A stretch of 32,000 nt of DNA from Patescibacteria group bacterium (GTDB lineage: Bacteria; Patescibacteriota; Patescibacteriia; 2-01-FULL-39-33): positions 74,316-106,315 of the forward strand of contig JBAZRV010000005.1 of the NCBI GenBank assembly GCA_041662745.1. Reading direction: 5' to 3'. Shown piece by piece: positions 1 through 7,365 of the stretch. Every line of letters begins with the position of its first letter. Positions within the stretch are counted from its first letter, which is position 1. Made by a program: the position numbers and the translations under genes. Under the pieces are notes generated by a model that saw only the letters and a program-made list of their open reading frames with translations, was not told where the DNA came from and did not search any database.

Positions 1-1
1 C

Positions 2-445
2 ACTTATGTTACCGGCGATGTCTCCATCCGAGGCAATAATAACTTAATCATTAACGGCGTCTTGGCCGCCGATGGCGACATTGAGCTGGGCGCCAACACC
101 CTACTATGCTGTTGGGGGCTTAACTGCGGCCGCAGCCACATTACCATTAATCGCGTCGGCTCCACCACCCCGGCCGGAATATTAAGCAAACAGGATGTCA
201 GTTTTGAACTTTGTTTGGACAGTTTCTCCGGCACCGGCCTGGTTTATGCCAATGACAAAATAAACATCTTAAGCCTGCCTAACAGCATTGGTTTGACCGG
301 CGGTTTAATCTCGCGCAAAATCACTCTGACCAGCATCTGGCAACCCATGATCATTACTTATGACAATAGCGTTGTCAATTATACTTTGGGCGACCCGCAA
401 TTCTCGCCGATTGTAACCGTTGAGCACTGGGAGGAAGAATACTGA
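2..445 (+). CDS. C-terminal part of an unknown protein, possibly pilus-associated (truncated by window edge)
   Basis: Frame 2 is open from the window edge (TYVTGDVSIRGNNNLIINGVLAADGDIELGANT...VEHWEEEY*) to TGA at 443-445. It sits directly upstream of pilMNO. Confidence 0.7.
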   Translation, partial: TYVTGDVSIRGNNNLIINGVLAADGDIELGANTLLCCWGLNCGRSHITINRVGSTTPAGILSKQDVSFELCLDSFSGTGLVYANDKINILSLPNSIGLTGGLISRKITLTSIWQPMIITYDNSVVNYTLGDPQFSPIVTVEHWEEEY

Positions 446-497
446 TGAACCGGACAATCAAAGTTAATAAAATCTAAAAAATTATAAACAATAAAAA

Positions 498-526
498 TTG
501 AGACCTTAAACAAAAAATGCTATAAT
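498..526 (+). promoter_or_regulatory. Sigma70-like promoter for pilM operon
   Basis: TTGAGA (498-503), 17 bp spacer, TATAAT (521-526), upstream of the ATG at 585. Confidence 0.65.
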
Positions 527-584
527 ATAATCATTAAGCCAAACTTTTAACTTATAAATTATCGCCTTTGCCGGTTTTAACACT

Positions 585-1661
585 ATGTCCTTTTTTTCCA
601 CCGACGAATTGGCTTTCGGTCTGGATATCTCCGATCATTTCTTGCGGCTGATCCAGCTTAAGCGCTTCGGTAAAAAAATAAAAATCCAATTATTCAACGA
701 GGTGAAGTTGCCGCCGCAAACCGTGGTCAGCGGCAAAGTTGTCAATAGCCAATATTTTGTCCAAGCGCTGAAACAGCTCACCGGCACCAAACGCGGACTG
801 GGCGGATTAAGCAATGAAGCTGTCGTGGCCCTGCCTCAAGCCGGCACCTTTCTCAAAACCTTAGAAATTGCCGCCAACAATGAGGAGGAACTCCTGCCCA
901 AAATTGAGGAACTGTTGCCGCAAAGCCTGCCTCTGGCCCTGGAAGAGATCTACTACGATTGGCAAACCATTAAAAGCCAGGAGGGCGTTTACACCATTCT
1001 GGTCGGAGCCGCTCCGCGGGCATTGGTTGATTCATATTCTTCCGCCCTAAACAGCTTAGGCATCCTGCCGGTGGTATTTGAAATTGAAGCTATTGCCATC
1101 GCCCGATTGCTGGTTGAACGCGCCGGCGACACTCGGCCGCAGATTATTGCCGATTTGGGAGCTAACCGCAGCAGCCTGATCCTCTGCGAGGGATCTGACG
1201 TCAAATTCAACGTAACCCTGGCTTTGTCCGGCAAGCAGATTGACCAATATATCGCCGAATCGTTGGAATTGGATTTGGGTAAAGCCGAGCAAGCCAAGAT
1301 TATCTGCGGCTTAAGCCAGGATAAGTGCCATGGCGCCGTTCTGGAACTGCTCGTACCGCTAATTGACGAGCTGGCGACGCAAATCCTCCATGCTGTTGAT
1401 TTCTACCAAAATAATTTTTCCTCTCCGGGTTTAATTGAACAAATCCAGCTTTGCGGCGGTTTATCCGGACTGACGGGCTTAAGCCGAGAAATTAAAAATC
1501 GCCTTAATACGCCGGTTGTCAGCGCCGAACCGTTCAAAAATATCGTTAATCCCGATCCTCACTATTTCACGGCTGAAAAATCGCAATCTTTCGTTCCCGC
1601 CATCGGCCTGGCCCTGAGAGGCTTGTCGCCCAAAACTTTTTATGATCACAATCAGGCTTAA
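585..1661 (+). CDS. pilM: Type IV pilus assembly protein PilM (actin-like ATPase)
   Basis: 358 aa. FGLDISDHFLRLIQL start, IIADLGANRSSLIL, LCGGLSGLTGL, and pilN/pilO follow. Confidence 0.88.
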   Translation: MSFFSTDELAFGLDISDHFLRLIQLKRFGKKIKIQLFNEVKLPPQTVVSGKVVNSQYFVQALKQLTGTKRGLGGLSNEAVVALPQAGTFLKTLEIAANNEEELLPKIEELLPQSLPLALEEIYYDWQTIKSQEGVYTILVGAAPRALVDSYSSALNSLGILPVVFEIEAIAIARLLVERAGDTRPQIIADLGANRSSLILCEGSDVKFNVTLALSGKQIDQYIAESLELDLGKAEQAKIICGLSQDKCHGAVLELLVPLIDELATQILHAVDFYQNNFSSPGLIEQIQLCGGLSGLTGLSREIKNRLNTPVVSAEPFKNIVNPDPHYFTAEKSQSFVPAIGLALRGLSPKTFYDHNQA

Positions 1662-2211
1662 CTTGGTTCCGCCCAAGCAAAAAAATCAATTAAAAAACAA
1701 TCGCCTTTACCAAGCCGTCCAAGAGTCGCTGACCTTATTGTTTTTATTCGCCGCCATTATCAGTATTCTGCTTTTGATTTCCCGTTATTTCTTGGAACAG
1801 CAATTAAGCGAAATGATCACCCAAAATGCCGCCAATATTTATTCCAATCAGCTGGTCGCCAAAAAGATAAACGTCTTAAACCAAGAGATCAACGCCTCTT
1901 TGGGCATACAAAAAAATTACCAACCGGTAACTCCGATTATCTCCGCCATCTCCTACACCCTGCCGGCCAATGTCGCTATCAGCAGTTTGCGTTTTTTCCG
2001 CCAAGAAAGCCGAATAGAATTTTCCGGCAGTACCAAAACCCGAGATGACCTGATGAAATTTAAAAATTATTTGGATAAGGCCGATTGGCTCAGCGACGCC
2101 GAAATCCCCTTGTCCGCTTTAGTGCCCAAAGAAAACAATGCTTTCAGCATCAAAGCCAATATCAACTATCAGGCGCTAACGCCCACCAATGTATGTCCCG
2201 AATCAAAATAG
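1642..2211 (+). CDS. pilN: PilN-like type IV pilus assembly protein
   Basis: 189 aa, N-terminal INLVPP-type motif (IRLNLVPPKQK) followed by one TM; overlaps the end of pilM. Confidence 0.75.
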   Translation: MITIRLNLVPPKQKNQLKNNRLYQAVQESLTLLFLFAAIISILLLISRYFLEQQLSEMITQNAANIYSNQLVAKKINVLNQEINASLGIQKNYQPVTPIISAISYTLPANVAISSLRFFRQESRIEFSGSTKTRDDLMKFKNYLDKADWLSDAEIPLSALVPKENNAFSIKANINYQALTPTNVCPESK

Positions 2212-2744
2212 ACAAAAAAATAATTTGGGCGCTTATCCTATTCTTGGCTTGGACAGCTTTGATTATTGTTATTATTTATCCTACGGCCAACAAAATTATC
2301 GCTATCCGCCAAGAGATACTCAAAGAACGCCAGGATTTGGAGAAAAAACTGGCCATGGGTCTTAATGCCAATAAAATCAAGGAAGAGGCCGATGCCGTGG
2401 AGAAAATAATGCCGGGACTGCGCCAAGTTTATATCAAGCCGGGGCAAGAGCTGGAATTTCTTAATTACCTTGACGGTTTAGCCGCCAAAAATAACCTGGC
2501 TATAGACATCAAGCCCGATTTCACCGGTAAAGCCCTTTCCCCGGAAATCACTCGTTTGCCGATTGAACTGATTTTATCAGGAAAATTTGAAAATGTTTTG
2601 ACAACCCTAAACGAATTGGAACGCCGAGACACTTATTTTATAATTGACGTTTTAAGCTTAACGGCGCAAAACGACGGTTTAGTGGCCGCCGCTGTCAGCG
2701 GTAACATTTATCGGCAAGAAAATAAAATCGCCGCCACCAAATAA
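2193..2744 (+). CDS. pilO: PilO-like type IV pilus assembly protein
   Basis: The ORF is called from 2085, but the likely start is the ATG at 2193 (MSRIKIDKKIIW...). One TM, coiled coil, then a PilO-like ferredoxin-like C-terminus; third in the pilMNO order. Confidence 0.7.
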   Translation: MSRIKIDKKIIWALILFLAWTALIIVIIYPTANKIIAIRQEILKERQDLEKKLAMGLNANKIKEEADAVEKIMPGLRQVYIKPGQELEFLNYLDGLAAKNNLAIDIKPDFTGKALSPEITRLPIELILSGKFENVLTTLNELERRDTYFIIDVLSLTAQNDGLVAAAVSGNIYRQENKIAATK

Positions 2745-2745
2745 T

Positions 2746-3240
2746 ATGGGCTTAATGGAAAAAATAAAAAATATAACCCAAGTAAAGACTGAAATGGAAG
2801 AGACGGAACTGTCAGGTCCAAACAAGGCCAAAACCAACAAGATTAAGCTGGATTGGTTCTGGCTGGCCAGATTAATGTACCCCCTGACCATAATCGTTAT
2901 CGTTGTCATTTTGTTTATCGTCATGTCCTTCCTGTATCAACAGGTCTATCAGACAGCGACTCAGATGGATTTGTTGGCCGGGTTAAAAAGCAAGGTTATA
3001 GAAGTCCAAATCAATGGCAATTCCTTAAACCAGATCAAGGAACTGTTATGCCGGAAAACCTCCACGCCGGCCATCTGGCCCTTCAAAAATCCTTTTGTTT
3101 TTTCGCCAAACGATCCGCCCTTGCGGCCGTCAAATGATTTTCAACCCTTAAATATCATTAATAATTTGCTTAGCACCAGCACCGCCTCTTCCACTGCTCT
3201 TTCTTCCACCACCAAAGCTACCAGTACCATTAAAAATTAA
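2746..3240 (+). CDS. Hypothetical single-TM protein with Ser/Thr-rich tail, fourth gene of pil operon
   Basis: 164 aa, begins right after pilO. One hydrophobic segment (LTIIVIVVILFIVMSFLYQQV) and a TSTASSTALSSTTKATSTIKN tail. Confidence 0.65.
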   Translation: MGLMEKIKNITQVKTEMEETELSGPNKAKTNKIKLDWFWLARLMYPLTIIVIVVILFIVMSFLYQQVYQTATQMDLLAGLKSKVIEVQINGNSLNQIKELLCRKTSTPAIWPFKNPFVFSPNDPPLRPSNDFQPLNIINNLLSTSTASSTALSSTTKATSTIKN

Positions 3241-3281
3241 AAATCAAACAGATTATCAGCCGGGGGACATATTAATCGCAC

Positions 3282-3312
3282 AAAAAGACGCCGATTTTCG
3301 GCGTCTTTTATT
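3282..3312 (+). terminator. Rho-independent terminator, probably bidirectional between convergent pil and isc operons
   Basis: AAAAAGACGCCGA TTT TCGGCGTCTTTT hairpin with flanking A and T tracts. Confidence 0.85.
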
Positions 3313-3349
3313 ATCTTATTTATATTCTATTTTTCTAAACTATTCTAAG

Positions 3350-4558
3350 CTATTTCAGAGGCGACATGGCGCGGAGCTTCGCGATAATCGGCGGCAGTTC
3401 CTTAAGCAAGGCATCAACATCGGCTTTCTTAGAATAACGGCCTAAAGTAACGCGTAGCGACCCGTGAGCGACTTCCGGCGGCAAGCCAATGGCCAGAAGC
3501 ACATGGCTGGGTTCCAGTGATCCGGACGAACAGGCCGAACCCGTAGAAACGCAAATACCCTTTTGCGACAGCATCAATAAAACGCTCTCCCCCTCCACCC
3601 CCTCAATCACAAAGCTGGCATTATTGGGCAAACGCCTAATTAGGTCTCCGGTAACTCGGCAGTTCTTGATCTTTTTCGGCAAATTCTTCAGCAAATAATC
3701 CCTTAACTTTTTTATTTCCTTAATTTCCTTAACTCTAATTTTCTTGTCAGCAATCAACTCTACGGCTTTGCCCAGGCCGACAATGCCCGGAACATTGTAA
3801 GTGCCGGAACGGACCTGCCCTTGCTGGCCGCCGCCGTAAAATAACGGTTTCAAAGGCGTGCCTTTTCTGACAAACAAAGCACCCACGCCCTTGGGTCCGT
3901 AAATCTTATGCGCCGATAGCGACAACAGATCAACTTGCAGCTTAGCCGTATCGCAAGCCAAATAAGCCGGAGCTTGCGTGGCGTCAGTATGGAAATAAAT
4001 CTTTTGCCGGCGATTCTTGTTCAACTCGCCGATTATCTTACCTATCTCCTCTATGGGCTGGATAGCGCCGATCTCATTGTTGGCCAGCATAATGGAAACA
4101 AAAATCGTGTTATCCTTAATGGCTTTCTTCAATGCCGACGGATCAACTATACCCTTTTCGCCGACCGACAAGAAAGTCACTGCCACGCCGGACTTTTCCA
4201 AATGTTTGGCCGGCTCCAAAATAGCGTCATGTTCAATGGCCGAGATGATTATATGGGGCTTTTGGCCTGACTTTTCAATAAACCCTTGCGATAAAACACC
4301 CTTAATCACGCCCAGGACAGCCAAATTATCGCTCTCGGTGGCGCCGGAAGTAAAATAAACCTCATCAGTCCGGCAATTCAAAAACTTAGCCACCGCGACC
4401 CTGGCTTGATCAACCGCTTTGGCGGCAGAAATACCGGCCTGGTGCAGAGAACTGGCATTGCCGAAATTATCCTTAAGGCACGGCTCCATGGTTTTCACCA
4501 CTCGCGGATCAACCGGCGCAGTCGCGGCATAATCAAGATAAATTAATTTTTTAGGCAT
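3350..4558 (-). CDS. Cysteine desulfurase (NifS/IscS family)
   Basis: 402 aa, YLDYAATAPVDPRV, HKIYGPKGVGALFV (PLP lysine), and the SSGSACSSGSLEPSHVL active-site cysteine loop. Confidence 0.95.
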   Translation of the reverse strand: MPKKLIYLDYAATAPVDPRVVKTMEPCLKDNFGNASSLHQAGISAAKAVDQARVAVAKFLNCRTDEVYFTSGATESDNLAVLGVIKGVLSQGFIEKSGQKPHIIISAIEHDAILEPAKHLEKSGVAVTFLSVGEKGIVDPSALKKAIKDNTIFVSIMLANNEIGAIQPIEEIGKIIGELNKNRRQKIYFHTDATQAPAYLACDTAKLQVDLLSLSAHKIYGPKGVGALFVRKGTPLKPLFYGGGQQGQVRSGTYNVPGIVGLGKAVELIADKKIRVKEIKEIKKLRDYLLKNLPKKIKNCRVTGDLIRRLPNNASFVIEGVEGESVLLMLSQKGICVSTGSACSSGSLEPSHVLLAIGLPPEVAHGSLRVTLGRYSKKADVDALLKELPPIIAKLRAMSPLK

Positions 4559-4605
4559 ATGATTGCAGTTTATGGCGCCTAGCCAATGATTGACGATTAA
4601 ATAAA

Positions 4606-4833
4606 TTAAACGTTTTCAATTTCCTTGACTTCGGGGACGCGTTCCATCACTACTTTGCCGATGCCTTCTTTTAGGGTGATGGCTGACATGGGGCAGCCAT
4701 GGCAAGCGCCTTGCAGGCGCACCGTTAACTTTCCCGACTTTTCATCAAAAGAAATGAATTCCACATCGCCACTGTCCATTTGCAGATGCGGTCTGAGTTC
4801 GTCCAGCACCGCTTTGATTTTTTGCTCTAACAT
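4606..4833 (-). CDS. NifU C-terminal domain / Nfu-type Fe-S carrier
   Basis: 75 aa, LRPHLQMDSGDVEFI...GACHGCPMSAITLKEGI with a CxxC motif. Confidence 0.9.
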   Translation of the reverse strand: MLEQKIKAVLDELRPHLQMDSGDVEFISFDEKSGKLTVRLQGACHGCPMSAITLKEGIGKVVMERVPEVKEIENV

Positions 4834-4847
4834 ATTTTGCTTTGTTA

Positions 4848-5240
4848 TTAATCTTTGGTTTGCTTTTTTCCTTCATACTCCTTGACTGCGGCGGCCAAAG
4901 CGTCGTGCGCCAGAATGGAACAATGCAATTTGGCTTCCGGCAATCCGTCCAATTCATTGGCAATATCCAGCTTGCCGACTTTCAGGGCTTCGGCAATGGT
5001 CTTGCCCTTAACCATTTCAGTCAACATGGACGAGGTGGCGATTGCGGCGCCGCAACCCAAGGTTTCAAATTTGATATCCTTAATGACATCCTCGCCTTGC
5101 TTATCGGCTTCCACTTTGATGTAAACCTTCATTACATCGCCGCAGACCGGATTGCCGACCTGCCCGACGCCGCTGGCGTTTTCAATGACGCCTTGATTGC
5201 GGGGGTGGGAAAAATGATCCATGACTTTTTCTGTATACAT
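4848..5240 (-). CDS. iscU: Fe-S cluster scaffold IscU/NifU N-terminal family
   Basis: 130 aa, with GNPVCGD, LGCGAAIA and LHCS carrying the three canonical cysteines. Confidence 0.93.
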   Translation of the reverse strand: MYTEKVMDHFSHPRNQGVIENASGVGQVGNPVCGDVMKVYIKVEADKQGEDVIKDIKFETLGCGAAIATSSMLTEMVKGKTIAEALKVGKLDIANELDGLPEAKLHCSILAHDALAAAVKEYEGKKQTKD

Positions 5241-5246
5241 ATTTAA

Positions 5247-5633
5247 TTATATTAAATTGCTTAGCTTATATTTTTTTAGCGTCTTAATCACATCGCCTTG
5301 CACTTGGAGCCAGACGCGGCGAGTCAGGCAATTTTTGGTTGAACAATTGCTAGACATGCATTGATTGACCGCCACTGAACCTTCCAACGCCTCCACGATC
5401 TCCAATAAGTTAATCCGGCCGGCGGAACGCGACAAAGCATAACCGCCTTCGGCGCCCTTGATACTTTTGACCAATTTGGCTTGCTTCAGCTTGGCAAACA
5501 GCTGTTCCAAATAAGACAATGACAAACCGGTAACTCGGGCGATTTCCGCCAAAGAAATCGGACGTTGAGCCTGATTTTCAGCCAAAATTACCAAAGCCTT
5601 AAGCCCATATTCGGTTTTAGTGGTAAACAGCAT
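5247..5633 (-). CDS. Rrf2 family transcriptional regulator (IscR-like)
   Basis: 128 aa winged helix (GLKALVILAENQ...LAEIARVTGLSLSYLEQLFAKLKQAKLVKSIKGAEGGYAL) with three cysteines, C-x4-C-x4-C (QCMSSNCSTKNC); first gene of the isc operon. Confidence 0.93.
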   Translation of the reverse strand: MLFTTKTEYGLKALVILAENQAQRPISLAEIARVTGLSLSYLEQLFAKLKQAKLVKSIKGAEGGYALSRSAGRINLLEIVEALEGSVAVNQCMSSNCSTKNCLTRRVWLQVQGDVIKTLKKYKLSNLI

Positions 5634-5669
5634 AATCGTTTAATTCCTACTAAATTACTTGGTATTAGT

Positions 5670-5698
5670 ATTATAGCAACATAAAAACCGGCTGTCAA
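5670..5698 (-). promoter_or_regulatory. Strong sigma70-like promoter for Rrf2-isc operon
   Basis: Minus strand TTGACA (5698-5693), 17 bp, TATAAT (5675-5670). Confidence 0.85.
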
Positions 5699-5707
5699 GA
5701 GCCGGTT
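5681..5707 (-). terminator. Terminator hairpin of the upstream exported-protein pair
   Basis: Minus strand AACCGGCT-CTTGAC-AGCCGGTT followed by TTT, just downstream of the stop at 5717. Confidence 0.7.
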
Positions 5708-5716
5708 TATAATAAG

Positions 5717-6580
5717 CTATCTGCTGACAACAATCATCACTTTCCGCCCCTGGATCATTTCGGCGTCAGTCATGCCATCGGCGGCCAAAAGCGGATTCCA
5801 ATCATGCACGGCGTTCAACAATGTGGCATAGCCATAGCGATAACCATTGCCCTTTCTGGTGCCGGGATCATTGGTCACAAACTCGCTGCCGGTCCAACCC
5901 TTAATTACCAACATATGATAAATCGGGCCCGGCGCTTTAAAATTGGGATTACCCAGCAAACGGCCGGCGGCCGGAATCAGAACCAAACGGCCCTTAAAAA
6001 TTTCCGTTTTTATCCGTTCCGTTGTCACTTCAGAAACTATTTCGGCTTTTAAACCGAAATATAACTGCAGTACGGTAACGGTTTCCTCGGCAGTCAGATC
6101 AACCTGGTAACCCTTGCCCGATTCCCATTTGACCAGCTTCTGAATTTCTTCTTCCATAATGCTTTCATCCAAAGGCTGAGTCTTATAAAACCTGTCGGCC
6201 ATAATCATGGACGCCTCCTCGCAGGCCTCTTCATGCAAGGCGTCCCAGTTGGCAAAAGGAGCTTGCTGGGCAAAACTGACATTCAATTGATAACTCTTGG
6301 GCATTGACTGGGCCGGAACGGCAACCGTTCCAGTTTGAGTCGGCTTGGTTGCGATCGGCCGAGTGACGGACTGAGCAGCGGGTTGAGAATTTTGGGTCGC
6401 TGGAGCGGTAAGATTTGAACTGTCCGAAACAGCTGTTGCCGGCGTTGCCGTTGAAAGAGCCGTGATCGGCGTTGCCTGCCTGTCACAACCGGCCAAACCA
6501 AAAATCATCAGGCTGATGATGCCGAAAACAAAAATATAAAAATTGAAAATATTTTTCTTCATAAGTTTAACATTGTTCAC
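5717..6580 (-). CDS. Exported C39-like cysteine peptidase domain protein
   Basis: 287 aa. N-terminal hydrophobic segment ending in GLAGC, Thr/Ala-rich linker, then LNVSFAQQAPFANWDALHEEACEEASMIM...HMLVIKGWTGSEFVTNDPGTRKGNGYRY, matching a Peptidase_C39_2-like Cys/His/Asp pattern. Confidence 0.75.
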   Translation of the reverse strand: MNNVKLMKKNIFNFYIFVFGIISLMIFGLAGCDRQATPITALSTATPATAVSDSSNLTAPATQNSQPAAQSVTRPIATKPTQTGTVAVPAQSMPKSYQLNVSFAQQAPFANWDALHEEACEEASMIMADRFYKTQPLDESIMEEEIQKLVKWESGKGYQVDLTAEETVTVLQLYFGLKAEIVSEVTTERIKTEIFKGRLVLIPAAGRLLGNPNFKAPGPIYHMLVIKGWTGSEFVTNDPGTRKGNGYRYGYATLLNAVHDWNPLLAADGMTDAEMIQGRKVMIVVSR

Positions 6581-7244
6581 TATGACTTTCTTGTGAGGTA
6601 ACTATATCAGTCGCCGTACTGCCGGACACTTGTACCGTGCCCAAGTAAAGAGTTTCAGTGCAACATTGCCCATCCATAAAACGGAAATCATACTTGCTGC
6701 TGGCGGTTTCCGTCAGCATAATGCCGTTAAGCTGCTTGATCTTATTATAAACCTCCAAATCGGTTTTCAGCGAATATTTTTGCCGCAAAAATTCAGCCAA
6801 CCCCTTATTATCAGCAATCATGCTCTGGATCGCCACTTCCGGTACGGTTATGGCCGAGCCGTAACAGATGCCCGGTTTATATTTATCAACCAAATGCATT
6901 TTGGCAATCAGTTGCGGGGTGATTACAAATTTGCTCTCAACCGGAACGGAGGCCGAACCGGAACTGCCGGCCAATGCCTGAGCCAAACTCTGATCGGGAT
7001 AATAGCGCTTAACCTCGGCCGGCGCCGGCGCGCTGGAATCGGAGGCGGGAACTGTCGCGAGCGACTGGTTAATTGCCGGCGATCCGACTGCCGGCGCGGT
7101 TACTGCCGGAACAGAAGCGGTTGCGGCGGATTGCCGTTCAACGCCGGCAACGGTCAAATCTGTCGGTTTGAATTTTTGATAAACGCCAAAGCCGATCATT
7201 AGAACACACAAAAAAATTATGCTTAAAGTTATAACGTTTTTCAT
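6567..7244 (-). CDS. Hypothetical exported/membrane-anchored protein
   Basis: 225 aa, N-terminal TM and A/P/S/T-rich linker; overlaps the downstream C39-like gene by 14 bp. Confidence 0.7.
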   Translation of the reverse strand: MKNVITLSIIFLCVLMIGFGVYQKFKPTDLTVAGVERQSAATASVPAVTAPAVGSPAINQSLATVPASDSSAPAPAEVKRYYPDQSLAQALAGSSGSASVPVESKFVITPQLIAKMHLVDKYKPGICYGSAITVPEVAIQSMIADNKGLAEFLRQKYSLKTDLEVYNKIKQLNGIMLTETASSKYDFRFMDGQCCTETLYLGTVQVSGSTATDIVTSQESHSEQC

Positions 7245-7310
7245 AGTAGTGTTACTGCTTATATTATAACAAAAAACCTATAACTTGGTAATAGCTATTA
7301 TTCATACATC

Positions 7311-7345
7311 AAAACCCCGAGGCAGCAAGAGGCGTCGCGGGGTTT
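7311..7345 (-). terminator. Terminator of uvrA transcription unit
   Basis: Minus strand AAACCCCG...CGGGGTTTT hairpin 20 nt past the uvrA stop. Confidence 0.7.
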
Positions 7346-7365
7346 CTAATTACCCAAATTATATT

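Noticed and set aside
868-1676. ORFs 868-1050, 989-1297, 1056-1292, 1479-1676 inside pilM
   Set aside because: Alternative-frame readings of the well-supported pilM gene.
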